A DNA stretch of 64,000 nucleotides from contig OZ024749.1 of NCBI GenBank assembly GCA_964016885.1, positions 52,390,001-52,454,000 of the forward strand, in the 5' to 3' direction. The stretch comes from Eledone cirrhosa (Eukaryota). Position numbers and translations under genes: made by a program. A model generated the notes under the pieces. That model searched no databases, had not been told where the DNA came from, and saw nothing but the letters and a program-made list of their open reading frames with translations. This document shows, piece after piece, positions 1-12,043 of the stretch; the first letter of the stretch is position 1, and the number at the start of each line of letters is the position of its first letter.

Positions 1-769
1 TCTCTCTCTCTCTTTCTCTCTCTGTCTCTCCCACCCCACCCCCTATATAAAATGTGAGACCAGCCCATAGTATATTATGTTTCTCCTATATGGTAACATC
101 TGCTATTGTCTTATTGATTATTACCAATCAATAATAAGATAACTTCAAGAAGTTTGTTAACTTAACTCTTCAGTCCACTCCTTATTTAGGGTCAATCATT
201 AATATTTTGTTTGTTAACCCCCCAAAACTGTGCTTCCCAAATTTATTTCATCACAGAACCATATATCAATCGCCCCCCGCCCACACAAAAAAAAATCAAA
301 GAACCTTTACTTTATGGACAATCACCACAGTTTTACATTTTGTACCATAACAAAGTTTTAAGGTAATTTTCCCTGCTAAAGTAGGGGTTACCTTCTCAGG
401 CCCTATGGCAGGCTTCACACTCATTCTGAGGCAATGTTTTATGACTAGAGGCCCTTCTTTCTCACAACACATTTAGTTGTATCCTATGACCAACAGGGAT
501 ATGGTGTACCTATTCCAAACCAGCGTCAAGAAGGGCATCCAGCTGTAGAAACAGCTATATGAGCAAGACACAGTCACCTGACCCAACTTGCCTCTAATGG
601 TACAAACCCATCTAACCCATGCTAGCATGGAAAATAGATGATAAACGATGATGATGATATACAACATATTCTTTTAGTATGACATTAAATCAACCAAAAA
701 TTGTTCTAAAGCGAGAACTTATTCATTTATAAAGAAACTAATACAATAAATTTATATGAGATATTTTTC

Positions 770-990
770 AAATGAGATATTATTTCCCAGAACCTCAAAA
801 TTATCTCACAGAGCCCTAGAAATATCGCATAGAAGTACAGAAATATTCTACAGAACCCCAGAAATACCTTACAGAACAACCGAAATATCTCACAGAGCTC
901 TAAAAATGTTTTATGGAGCTCCAGAAATATGTCATGGAGCCCTAAAAATATCTCACAGAGTCCTAGAAATATCTCAAAGAGCCCTAGAAA
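770..990. repeat. Degenerate 21-bp minisatellite
   Basis: Recurring gagccctagaaatatctcaca-like unit. Confidence 0.8.
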
Positions 991-2157
991 AACCAAAATG
1001 GTAATAGGCTCAGATCAGATGAGAAATGTAGGCCTGTATAAATATATAATAGGCTCAGGTGGGATGTGAAATGTAGGCCTGTACAAATAGGACTAGGTGA
1101 GATATAAAATGTAGATCCCCAAAGCTGGTAATATAGGCCCAGGACATGTGGAATGTAGGCAACTAAAAAAAAATTCAGCCCCATATAGGCCAGAACTTAA
1201 AGAAATTCTTCTTCTTCTTCAGAAACTGACTGGTAAATATAAATGCACACACACACATACACACACACATATATATATATACCCCATGCTAGCGAGGAAG
1301 ATGGACGTTAAACGATGATAATGATGATATATTAAGAAAATATGTTTCTACCAAAATAATTGTTTCTACTTTAGGCATAAGGCCAGCAATTACCCAGTGC
1401 ATTGCTGGTACTTTATTTTATCGACCCCGTAAGGATGAAAGGCAAAGTCAACCTCGGTGGGATTACCAAAATAATAATTAATGAGATCAGGAGATCAGGA
1501 CATCGTGAGATCAGGAGATTGAGAGAATAGTAACAGCTGTTTTTGTTCTGTCTTATAAATTACCATATAACATTAATAGATTTTTTACTGGTGTCTTGTT
1601 GCATGATTGCGTTTATTTGTTTATTTATCTTTTTTTTTCAGTTTTTCTTTTTCTAATACACTGTAGTTATATGTCTTAATATCATTAGATGCGTAATTAT
1701 TTTTATAATATTCGCTGCTGAAATGGAGAGGACTTGTATGTCAGTGTGTCCTTCTTTGTATTGTCCCCTTTTCTTGTGCGCCCTTGTGGCAAATAAAGAA
1801 ATATATCTATTACGATGTTTTAAATATTCCAATAATACAACTGTTTTAATAATTTATAGTTAAAAAAACAACAACAACAAAAACCCTCAATTGCAAAGGG
1901 AGATTACGTTGAAATATTTATAAAAGTTATCTCCCTTGAAGGGGGGGGAGTAGTTTATGTAACATTATCTGTTTGTACTGTACAATAGAAAATAGTAACC
2001 TCAGCAAACATGAAAGGACAGCCGAACTTCCACTGTCATCGCCTCCATCTCTCCGTATGGTGAGCAAATGGGGTCCCACGTGCTGGCCTCCCCACAGCCC
2101 CGGTGGACAGAATTCGACCTAGTACTGAGGGAATTTTTATTTGTTTTTATTATATTT

Positions 2158-2342
2158 GTTTCTACTTTAGGCACAAGGCCAGCAATAACTCAGTTCATTA
2201 CTGGTACTTTATTTTATCGACCCCGTAAGGATGAAAGGCAAAGTCAACCTCGGCGGGATTTGAACTCAGATCGTAAAGGGACGTAAGTATGCTGGAAAGC
2301 ATGGCGTCCGACCCTCTACCGATACTGCCAATCCACCGCCTT
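2158..2342 (-). mobile_element. SINE family 1, full copy. Others: about 1362-1465(-), 4683-4900(+), 5400-5585(+), 10978-11240(+), 19130-19275(-), 23492-23565(+), 53880-53960(-)
   Basis: Reverse complement of the 3685-3870 unit. Confidence 0.85.
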
Positions 2343-2589
2343 AAATTTGGATTTTGTTTTCCGTGTTTTTCTTTATTTACAAGTTTTTCGTGTAAACCCA
2401 CACAGCGTATTATCCCGCACCATCCTCGATCTTTCTGTAAACAAATGTAGTTAATAAATAAATAACCATATATGCAGAAACCCACATTGTACCAGCCTCT
2501 GCTGGTAATGTATTTTTAATGTATTTTTTATGTAAACCCTTTGTTGTCAATAAAGAAAATATTATTATTATTATTATTATATCATCTTT

Positions 2590-2770
2590 TTACGGGCAAA
2601 ACCAACCGACAGGAGACCCAGGGGTAGACCCACTCCGAGCAAGATGGTTGGATAACATCCATGAGTTTGGTTGGTCCAGTTGGAGACAGTTGCTTCTGAA
2701 AGGAGTGTTTGAGGACTCTGACCTCCCACGACCGTCCCAGGAATAAGTGGGCGAAGAAGAAGCAGAAGAC
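2590..2770 (+). mobile_element. Degenerate 3' end of an RTE-clade LINE
   Basis: Frameshifted PRGRP..RWLDNIHEFGW..LPRP* C-terminus followed by a (GAA)n-like tail. Confidence 0.6.
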
Positions 2771-3424
2771 ATAATATTCAGTTTCGTTTTTAACCACGCT
2801 GCGAATCTCAACAGTTACCCTCCATAGTTACTAGCAAGCAGTCTCACAGCCACATTTTAACATTCAGAATTAACTTAGCTAAAATATCTGACTATATACC
2901 TTTTGAAAAATACATATTTTATATTTATAGAATAAAAAAAATATGTTTTAATATTCATCTAAAACTAAGATTTATTCTTTTTAGTAAAACAGTAAATACA
3001 TTTAGTTTGGTATTTCCTATTAGCGCGAGTTACGGTATTGACATTAACAAGGCACAGCGTGAGTATTTTCTCTTATTGTTAATTACTGCTAATTTAACGG
3101 CTCCTGTTAATTAATTAATTAATTAATGGTCTTCTGTTATTTTCTCCAGTTTAAAAGCTATTTTACAACATATTTTAAACTATATATGTTTAATGGAACA
3201 AATAAATCCCGCAAAACATAACTCGTTATATAAACATTAAAATCTTGTTATAAAACCAAATTTTTACGGTAAAACTTTGTTAGAATTCTTAAAGCAAATC
3301 AAACTCTCGACGGTTCGATTTATATTCAATAGAATTTTAAACAATTTCTAAACTATATTTGGCGGTCAGTAAAATGTAATACTCCTGGAATGTTTTGTTT
3401 TAGGTTTTTAAATGACAGACAATA

Positions 3425-3622
3425 CGGGAGTCGGCTGAAAAGTTCATAGGCTGACCTAGATACTCTCATAGAATGACTAAATGGGGTTTATTTTTCGACA
3501 TAGTCCCTGGAAAGAAACTATGCAGTTATTAATAAGTAGAGTTGGAATTAATGCATGCAAGATTTCACAGCTCTAGCCTCACTCCTTTATAGTCAGCCTA
3601 TGAACTTTTCAGCCGACCCTCG
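3425..3622. mobile_element. Mariner-type MITE
   Basis: TIRs of about 31 bp (cgggagtcggctgaaaagttcataggctgac / gtcagcctatgaacttttcagccgaccctcg), preceded by TA. Confidence 0.75.
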
Positions 3623-3684
3623 AACATTTTTCTTTCTCTTTCCTTTTTTGTGTGCGTGGGGATCATTTAAACATTATTATTTTT

Positions 3685-4050
3685 GCGGTGGATTGGCAGT
3701 ATCGGTAGAGGGTCGGACGCCATGCTTTCTAGCATAGTTACGTCCCTTTACAGTCTGAGTTCAAATCCCGCCGAGGTTAACTTTGCCTTTCATCCTTACG
3801 GGGTCGATAAAATAAAGTACCAGTAATGTACTGGATATTTGCTGGCCTTGTGCCAAAAGTAGAAACAATTATTTTTGGATTGGCAGTATCGGTAGAGGGT
3901 CGGACGCCATGCTTTCCAGCATAGTTATGTCCCCTTACGATATGAGTTCAAATCCCGCCGAGGTTGACTTTCATCCTTACGGGGTCGATAAAATAAAGTA
4001 CTAGTAATGCACTGGGTAATTGCTGGCCTTGTGCCTAAAGTAGAAACAAT
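3685..4050 (+). mobile_element. Two tandem tRNA-derived SINEs (family 1, Meta-domain-like core)
   Basis: Head tggcagtatcggtaga..gagttcaaatccc; core gcctttcatccttacggggtcgataaaataaagtaccag; tail ggccttgtgccaaaagtagaaac. Superfamily assignment is from recall. Confidence 0.85.
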
Positions 4051-4318
4051 TAATTTTTCAACATAAAATTTTACAATTCCAAGCCAAACACTCTAACCAC
4101 TAGACCACATGTTTTCAGAATGACTATGGATTGCCAATATTGATGTTATTGATGACTATTGATGACCAATGATTACCAATATTGCTGTTATTTGGAAGCT
4201 AGAAATGTCTATTTTTATTGTTTTCAGAATTTCTTCCATTCCTTAGTTTTGTCTCAAGATTAGGCAGATATTTTCTCCGTTCCTGTTGAGTCTCCGACAT
4301 TTATTAGCCGACAGGAAT

Positions 4319-4553
4319 ATGCCCAAACGTTCTGCAAGTTCCAAAGATGAAGGAAAGGCAGCAGATTCTAAGAAATCAAAGACTCAGGCTCCTCTCTTGG
4401 AGGAAATTCAAGAATCTCGTATAAAATGTGCAAAATCTATTCAAGATTTCAAATTCAATAAAAAACGAGTTCGTTTATTAAACGAAGTTGAAGAATTTCT
4501 TGAAGGTTCTGATGGAGTTCTCTATTGGATGGTTCGTGACCAGAGGGTTGAAG
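4319..4553 (+). CDS. phr: Photolyase coding exon 1 ([10 protein letters not shown]...[10 protein letters not shown])
   Basis: ATG at 4319; basic NLS-like N-terminus; donor G|GTATGT at 4554; candidate acceptors at AG 4226-4227 and 4245-4246. Confidence 0.9.
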
Positions 4554-7500
4554 GTATGTCCATGCTTTATTGTGACTTTTATCAAATATAATAATAGTAA
4601 TACCAGTTGTTTATTGTAATTTCTTTAGTGTTAATCATGTTTAAATTTATAGAACTATCCAACCCACATAAAAATCTCTGATAAGGTAGTGAATTGACAA
4701 TATCGGTAGAGTGTCGGACACCATGCTTTGTGGCATATAGTTACAGCCCTTTACTGTCTGTGTTCGAATCTGACTGGGGTCAACTTTGCTTTTCATCCTT
4801 TCGTGGTCGATAAAATAAAGGATCAGTCAAGTACTGGGGTTGATTTAATCGACTTTCCCCTCTTCCAAAATTCTTGGCCTGGCACCTAAATCAGAAACCA
4901 TTATATTTTTTCATTCCAGATAATTGGGCTATGCTGTTTGCCCAAAGACTCGCCCTTAAAGAAAAGACATCTCTTCATGTATGTTTTTCTGTGGTAGTTC
5001 CATATCTTGAGGCAACCAGACGGCATTACCATTTTCTCTTGAATGGACTGAAGGAAGTTGAAACGGTTTGTTACAATTTTTTTTAAAGTATTTGTTTTCA
5101 TTTTATTTAAAAGATATTAGTATGACGCTAACTACACAGCCATACCTACACCTACACTACCACCTTAACCACACAGCCATACCTACACCTACACTACCAC
5201 CTTAACCACACAGCCATACCTACACCTATACTACCACCTTAACCACACAGCCATACCTACACCTATACTACCACCTTAACCACACATCCATACCGACACC
5301 TATACTACCACCTTAACCACACAGTCATACCTACACCTATACTGTACTAATCTACCACCATAACTACGTCTGTACCTAAGATGGCTGTTCATAATTCTGT
5401 AGTGTTGGCAGTATCGGTAGAGAGTCGGACGCCATGCTTTGCAGCATAGAGTTACCTCCCTTTACGATCTGAGTTCAAATCCCGCCGAGGTTCACTTTGC
5501 CTTTCATCCTTATGGGGTCGATAAAATAAAGTACCAGTAATACACTGGGGAAATTGCTGGCCTTGTGCCAAAAGTAGACACAATTATAAAATTATATTTA
5601 TTGCTATATTTTTCTTCTTTCATCTTCTTTCCACAGGAATGCAACAGTTTAGACATTCAGTTCCATCTTTTGGAAGGGGATCCCTCTTCTGAAGTATCTA
5701 ATTTGGTAAAAGAGTTGAGTATTGGCACCGTTGTCACTGATTTCAGCCCCTTAAAACTACCTAGAAAATGGCTGAGTGATTTATCTGACTCTCTTCCTAA
5801 AAATGTTGGCTTGTGCCAGGTGAGACTGATTGTTCTCATTATGGATATCATCATCATTGCCATCACCATCACCACCACCATCACCACCATTATCATCACC
5901 ACCACCATCATCACCACCATCACCACCATTATCATCACCACCACCATCATCACCACCATCACCACCATTATCATCACCACCACCACCATCATCACCACCA
6001 CCATCACCATCACACCACCACCATCATCATCACCATCATCATCTTTATTTGTCCCTTTTAAACCCAATACATATATAGCAGTGAATACACAAACATCTGT
6101 CCCCTTTTACAACTGGCACATATATAGCAGTGAATACACAAACATCTGTCCCCTTTTACAACTGGTACATATATAGCAATGAATACACAAACATCTGTCC
6201 CCTTTTACAACTGGTACATATATAGCAGTGAATACACAAACATCTGACCCCTTTTAAACTCGATACATATAGCAATGAATACACACACCTGTCCCCTTTT
6301 TAAGGATAATTTATATTTATTCTGTTGGTTTTATCTTTCAGGTGGATACCCACAATATTGTTCCATGCTGGATAACATCTGAGAAGCAAGAATATGGGGC
6401 CAGAACAATTAGAAACAAAATTCACAGCCAGTTATGTAACTTTCTCACTGAGTTCCCTCCAGTTATCAAGCATCCATACAAAGCCAAAAATGAAGCAAAG
6501 GTAAATTCTATTTCTTTAACCCTTTAACATTTACATTACTTTATATTTACTATTATATTTTCACAGTAAACACTTTATCTCACATAATATTGAGTATACG
6601 AGATTTTGATGTTATTTATTTTGAGAACAATACCTTAACAAGAGTATGTCCGGTTATAGCCAGTTTGAACAGAAAGGGGTGGGAGAATTCTGGCTGGATA
6701 TGGCCGGTTTAACCCTTTACCATTTACACTACTCTATATTTACTATTGTATTTTCATAGTAAAGGCTTTACCTCAAATAATATCGAATCTATGAGATTTA
6801 TTTATTTTAATCTATGTTATTTATTTTGAGAACAATACCTTAACATTGGTATGAATGGCTGGTTACAGCCGGTTTGAACAGAAAGAGGTGAGAGGATTTT
6901 GGCCGGATACAGCTGGTTTAAATGCTAAAGGGTTAAACTTTAAATTAAAAATACCATGTTACATTGTAAATGTCATATATAAAATGAAAAAGTAACTTAT
7001 ACTCAAGTAGTAGATATAGAATAGCTTAGTTTTCTGTGTTGTAAATGTTATTTTATGTAACAAACCAGTTTATCAGAGATGAGGAAAGTAATGTCATTAT
7101 CTTCACTCTGTTTTTAAAGCAATTATTCTCTATTTTTCTAGTCAATAGATTGGAGTAAAATTGTTGCCAACTCTGATATAGATGAAAATGTGAAACCAGT
7201 AGACTGGGCAAAACCAGGCACAACTGCAGGTTATACAACATTGGAAACTTTCTGTAACGAACGCCTGAAATACTTTGCTAATGAACGTAATGATCCGACC
7301 AAGAATAGTCTAAGTAATCTTTCACCTTGGCTTCGCTTTGGTAAGATTTATATTTATATATTTTTATATAGTTATGTTGGTACCACACCATCCAGTCCAA
7401 ACTAATGAGGTTGTGTAGGTGTCACGACAAAAAACTAAAACAAAAAAAAAACACTGTCCACGCTGTAATGTGGCCGTGTATGTAACATGGTAAAAAGCTC

Positions 7501-7701
7501 CCAGTCCACACTGTAAATATGGTTGGTGTTAGGAAGGGCATCCAGCCATAGAAAACCTGCCATACAGTCCTATACGAGCGAGACGCGGTCACCCAACCAA
7601 TCTTGCCTCAAATGGGACAATTCCATACTACTACCACTACTACTACTACCACCACCACCACCACCACCACCACTACCACCACCACCACCACCACCACCAC
7701 C

Positions 7702-7751
<50 letters not shown>

Positions 7752-10700
7752 CACCACCACCACTACTACATACAGGACCTCCAAGAGAAATTTTGCAAGG
7801 CAGTACAAGACCCTTTTGGGGCCCAAAGCAGGAAAAGATCTTTCTCAAAATGGATATTGCATGGTTGCTGTGGGGCCTCGGAACAAAGAAACGGCTGGAC
7901 CCCACCTCTCATAGGCCCTGTTTACATCACTTTACTTCCCTTGTACCTGACACTTCCTCCTTGTTTCTGTAACAGGTCACATATCTCCACAGAGATGTAT
8001 ATTGGTTGTTAAAAAACTACAGAAGTCACACAAAAGCAGTGTAGATGCATTTATTGAAGAAGCTGTTATACGGAGTGAATTGGCAGATAATTATTGTTAT
8101 TATCAGAAGAATTACGACAACATTAATGGTAAGATTTAGCTTTTCTGTCATTGATTCTGTAGAATTATCATTATCTAAACTGGAATTATCATTATCTAAA
8201 CTCTAATTATCATTATCTAAACTCTAATTATTATTTAAATTGAAATTACCATTATCAAAACTGAAAAAAATCATTATCTAAACTGGAATTATCATTATAT
8301 AATCTGATTTATTTAGATTAATGTCCTCACTTTGGTTATTATAATCACCACAACATTTGACCTCTGACCCTTGCCAAAACTATTTCTGTATTTCTCAGGA
8401 GCGTATGAATGGGCTCAGAAGAGCTTGAAGCAGCATACTATGGACAAACGGGAATATATCTACTCAAAGGAAAAGTTTGAGGAAGGTAAAACACACGACC
8501 AACTCTGGAATGCTGCCCAAGTAAGAAGAATATGGCAATATATTGCTATTTTCTGTAACATGAGTTTCATTTTTGTTTTATTAATGTTGTTATTAATGTT
8601 TTTTTTTGTATATTTTCTTTACATTCATCATCATCATTATCATCATCGTTTTTACGTCCATTTTTCTATGCTTGCTTGGGTTGGATGGGTCCTTCTCAGC
8701 ACGCCATCTCTCACTCACCGTGTTACTTAGTCATCTCCTCAGTGAGTTTCAGCAATTTGAGGTCAGCTCTCACCACCTCTGCCCAGGTCTTCTTTGGTTT
8801 ACTTCTACTGTGGCTTCCTTCAACTGGTATTTCCTGGCACTTCTTCACCCAGCAATCATCATCCATGCACATCACATGTCCTGCACACCACCTCAGAGAC
8901 CTCTTAAATCCAGCTTCTCCCTCAATTCATCCAAACTCTGATTTTCTCTCACATTTATGTTGCACATCCAACGAAGCATTGTTACTTCATTTAATATTTT
9001 TTTAGGAATTACTATGTGTATGTGTAACCTTTTACTATGTATATGTGTATGTTTAACCTTTTACTATGTGTATGTTTAACCTTTTACTATGTATATGTTT
9101 AACCTTTTCCACACCATATTTCTAACGAAATACTGAGTATTTCAATAAATTAATAAAGAATTATGAGGGCTTTGTTAAAATTATTATTTCATTACTGAGA
9201 TGTTTGTAACATAACAGGATTTTATTTCAAATAATCTTGGAAGATTTAATTGAAATATGAACACATTAAAATGTCTGGTTTTGTTTTATAGAATCAGATG
9301 TAGTTTTGGGTGGGTTGGTATTAAAAACAGTTTAGTTGTCCTACCTGGTCAGTAAACTTCATGTTATTTCGAAGAATTATTTCTCTATTTTCAGATACAG
9401 CTTGTTAAAGAGGGTAAAATGCATGGTTTCCTGAGGATGTACTGGGCCAAAAAAATTCTAGAATGGTCACCTAGCCCTTCTGATGCTCTGGAGATTGCTC
9501 TGTACTTAAATGACCGATATTCTTTAGATGGCATTGATTCCAATGGTTATGTTGGTAAGTATTTCTCTAAATATTCTTGAACATTCAGAATAGAATAGAA
9601 ATTCTTCTCAGATAAATTTAATGTAGGTGTAACTTCTGATAGATAAACCTCCTCATATAGTCTGTGTTAACCCTTTCATGACCACATTTCTAATGAGATA
9701 CACTCTATTTTAATTAATGAAGAATTTCGAGGGATTTACTAAAGTTATTAATGATTTCATTACTAAGATAGTAACTTAATGTAGGGCTCTTATATAAAAT
9801 TATGTTGGAAGATTTTAATTTAAATTGGAAACCTTTAAAATGGATGGTTTTGGCTGGATTGGTAACTAAAAGGTTACTGTAGGTATAACTTCAGTTTTAT
9901 AAACCTCATTTAGTCTGTGTTCTGCAAGATTTCTTGGTATATATTTCACTATACTATTAACCATTTTGATACCAAACAAACTGTAACCACACCTGGTTCT
10001 GTCTTACAAAGTTGTTTGTTTTAAAGTGGTTTTATTTATCTGAAAACCTTCCATTATAATTTAAGTATGAACCTTTATTAAGTTATATTCCAAACACTAG
10101 ATTAATGATGAAAAACTTAGTTATATTACAAAACACCCCCATTTAAATGTTTTATTGTTTTCAAAATTATTTGGAAATCATAAGCAGTGTCTTTCATTGG
10201 AGATATGTTAACATTGCTGTTGAATTTATATTTCTTTTGTTTCCCCTAGAATTGCTATTTATTGTCTCTTTGTAGGGTGTATGTGGTCAGTTTGTGGCAT
10301 TCATGATCGTGCATGGGGGGAACGAAAGGTCTTTGGCAAGATTCGAATCATGACATATGAAGGCTGTAAGCGGAAGTTTGGTGTCGATGCATACATTACT
10401 AAATATTGCTCCAAGAATTCTAAAACAGGATAAAGTCCGACTCCCTTTCACTTCCATCTTTGTTCAAAATGTTTGTAGAAAGAGATTTTCTTTTTTGTTG
10501 TTGTTGTTGTTGTCTCCTGGCTTTATATGTATGTGTATGTTTATGTATGTATGTGTGTGTGTATATATGTTTATGTATGTATGTGTGTGTATGTATGTTT
10601 ATGTATTTATGTGTTAGTAATGTTGCTACTGTGGTAGAGAATAAATAAAATAAATAAATAACTACACTGCCTCAGTGTGAGTATGTCTTTGTGTATATGA

Positions 10701-11548
10701 GTGTGTCAATGTATGTGTGTGTTTGTTTATGTATGTGTGTTTTCAGTAAGTTTTTTTAAATTATATTTTTCAAATATTTAGTTAGATATTCCTTTCTATT
10801 AACTTCAAGTTAAAAGTTATTAAACATTCTTTCCATGTCTGGGGAGAAAGTTCCACATTTTTCTTCATTTTATTTCCTTTTCTCTGTAATATTCGTCAGA
10901 CATAGTTAACAGATCTGATCCGATTATATATATGTGTGTATATATAATGTATATATATTATTTATATATATATTATAAAGTACCAGTAATACACTGGGAT
11001 AATTGCTGGCCTTGTGCCAAAAGTAGAAACAATTATTTATATATATATTGGCAGGGACTGGCAGTATCAGTAGAAGGTCGGACACCATGCTTTGCAGCAT
11101 AGAGTTACGACCCTTTGTGGTCTGAGTTCAAATCCCACCGAGATTAACTTTGCCTTTCATCCTTAGGGGGTCAATAAAATAAAGCACCATTAATGAACTG
11201 AGATAATTGCTGGCCTTGTGCCAAAAGTAGAAACAATTATATATATGTGTGGTTGAGATGCTGTTTGGCATCTCTTTTGGTTGTTTTTATTCATGTTAAA
11301 TATTTAAGTATAGGATTTTGTGGGGGGATTACATTGTCATCAGTGTATTCCTTAAATCTTACATCTTATGTTTTTTTTCTTTTTGTATCTTTTCTTCATC
11401 TCTAGGCTGTATGTGGTCCATCTGTGGAATACACGACCAAGGTTGGGCTGAACGACAGGTTTTCGGCAAGATCCGTTTCATGAACTTTAATGGATGTAAA
11501 AGAAAATTTGATGTGAACAAATATATAATGCGTTATAAGGCCAAGTAA
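4319..11548 (+). CDS. phr: Class II CPD photolyase gene (deoxyribodipyrimidine photo-lyase): 8 shared coding exons plus two alternative last exons; 504 aa (9a) or 499 aa (9b)
   Basis: Exons 4319-4553, 4920-5065, 5637-5819, 6342-6500, 7142-7340, 7976-8128, 8399-8520 and 9395-9554 (1357 nt) join in frame through GT-AG introns to 10276-10433 (total 1515 nt) or 11406-11548 (total 1500 nt). Class II motifs present: [70 protein letters not shown]. Confidence 0.97.
4920..5065 (+). CDS. phr: Photolyase exon 2 (DNWAMLFAQ...GLKEVET)
   Basis: ttccag|AT acceptor, donor GT at 5066; phase matches exon 1. Confidence 0.93.
5130..5342. repeat. 37-bp minisatellite (intron 2)
   Basis: ccacacagccatacctacacctacactaccaccttaa at 5169, 5206 and onward. 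Confidence 0.9.
5637..5819 (+). CDS. phr: Photolyase exon 3 ([12 protein letters not shown]...VVTDFSPL...GLCQ)
   Basis: Pyrimidine tract with cacag| acceptor; donor CAG|GTGAGA. Confidence 0.93.
5848..6300. repeat. (CAC/CAT)n tract followed by a 49-bp minisatellite (intron 3)
   Basis: Direct reading; units start at 6069, 6118 and onward. Confidence 0.9.
6342..6500 (+). CDS. phr: Photolyase exon 4 ([10 protein letters not shown]...EYGARTIR...EAK)
   Basis: tttcag| acceptor; donor AAG|GTAAAT; 53 codons. Confidence 0.95.
6516..6936. mobile_element. piggyBac-like (TTAA) MITE, tandem dimer, in photolyase intron 4
   Basis: ttaa-CCCTTT...AAAGGG-ttaa ends; second unit starts at about 6709. Confidence 0.7.
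7142..7340 (+). CDS. phr: Photolyase exon 5 (SIDWSK...WAKPG...[10 protein letters not shown])
   Basis: ttttctag| acceptor; donor G|GTAAGA. Confidence 0.93.
7976..8128 (+). CDS. phr: Photolyase exon 6 (GHISPQRC...[18 protein letters not shown]...); missing from the ORF track
   Basis: aacag| acceptor; donor G|GTAAGA; translated by hand. Confidence 0.93.
8399..8520 (+). CDS. phr: Photolyase exon 7 (GAYEWAQ...[10 protein letters not shown])
   Basis: ttctcag| acceptor; donor CAA|GTAAGA. Confidence 0.95.
9395..9554 (+). CDS. phr: Photolyase exon 8 ([24 protein letters not shown]...[16 protein letters not shown]); FAD-binding core; missing from the ORF track
   Basis: ttttcag| acceptor; donor G|GTAAGT; translated by hand. 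Confidence 0.95.
10276..10433 (+). CDS. phr: Photolyase alternative last exon 9a ([52 protein letters not shown])
   Basis: ctctttgtag|GG acceptor in the correct phase; open to TAA at 10431-10433; AATAAA cluster from 10640. Confidence 0.85.
11406..11548 (+). CDS. phr: Photolyase alternative last exon 9b ([47 protein letters not shown])
   Basis: Long pyrimidine tract with tctag|GC acceptor in the same phase; TAA at 11546-11548; AATAAA at 12085. Confidence 0.92.
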
Positions 11549-11744
11549 TTACCAACCACTGGTATAAATACATTAGTATTTGATAGTGAAATCTCATCAT
11601 TAGAAACAACAATGGAGGCACATGGCTTAGTGGTTAGAGCATTGCCTTGCAATCAAAAGGTTTGCTCCAAGAATTCTTGGAGCAATAATCCCCAACTCTG
11701 ACTGATAAGTTAACCCTTCTAATCAAGCAGAAACAACAGGTATT

Positions 11745-12043
11745 AGTGTGGGTGTGAAGTGGGTATTGTGTAAGTGTGAGGTGGGTATTGTGTGGGTGTG
11801 AGGTGGGTATTGTGTGGGTGTGAAGTGGGTATTGTGTGGGTGTGAGGTGGGTATTGTGTGGGTGTGAGGTGGGTAATTTGTGGGTGTGAAGTGGGTATTG
11901 TGTGGGTATTGTGTGGGTGTGAGGTGGGTATTGTGTGGGTGTGAGGTGGGTATTGTGTGGGTGTGAGGTGGGTATTGTGTGGGCGTGAAGTGGGTATTGT
12001 GTGGGTGTGAGGTGGGTATTGTGTGGGTGTGAGGTGGGTGTGA
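11745..12043. repeat. 22-bp GT-rich minisatellite in the predicted 3' UTR of exon 9b
   Basis: gtgggtattgtgtgggtgtgag repeated about 13 times before AATAAA at 12085. Confidence 0.9.

Noticed and set aside
2590-2811. - strand ORF (MSSASSSPTY...) as a divergent gene sharing the photolyase promoter
   Set aside because: Better explained as the antisense of an RTE LINE 3' remnant with a GAA tail.
9395-9400. Alternative acceptor at AG 9399-9400 removing Ile-Gln
   Set aside because: The conserved spacing WNAAQ-x-Q-LV needs the upstream AG; nothing supports the second site.
10357-10617. 86-aa ORF overlapping exon 9a
   Set aside because: Wrong frame; the photolyase-homologous frame ends at TAA 10431-10433.
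10276-11548. Duplicate last exon as an assembly or haplotype artefact, or a second whole gene
   Set aside because: The copies differ at many synonymous sites, their flanks are unrelated, and no other exon is duplicated.
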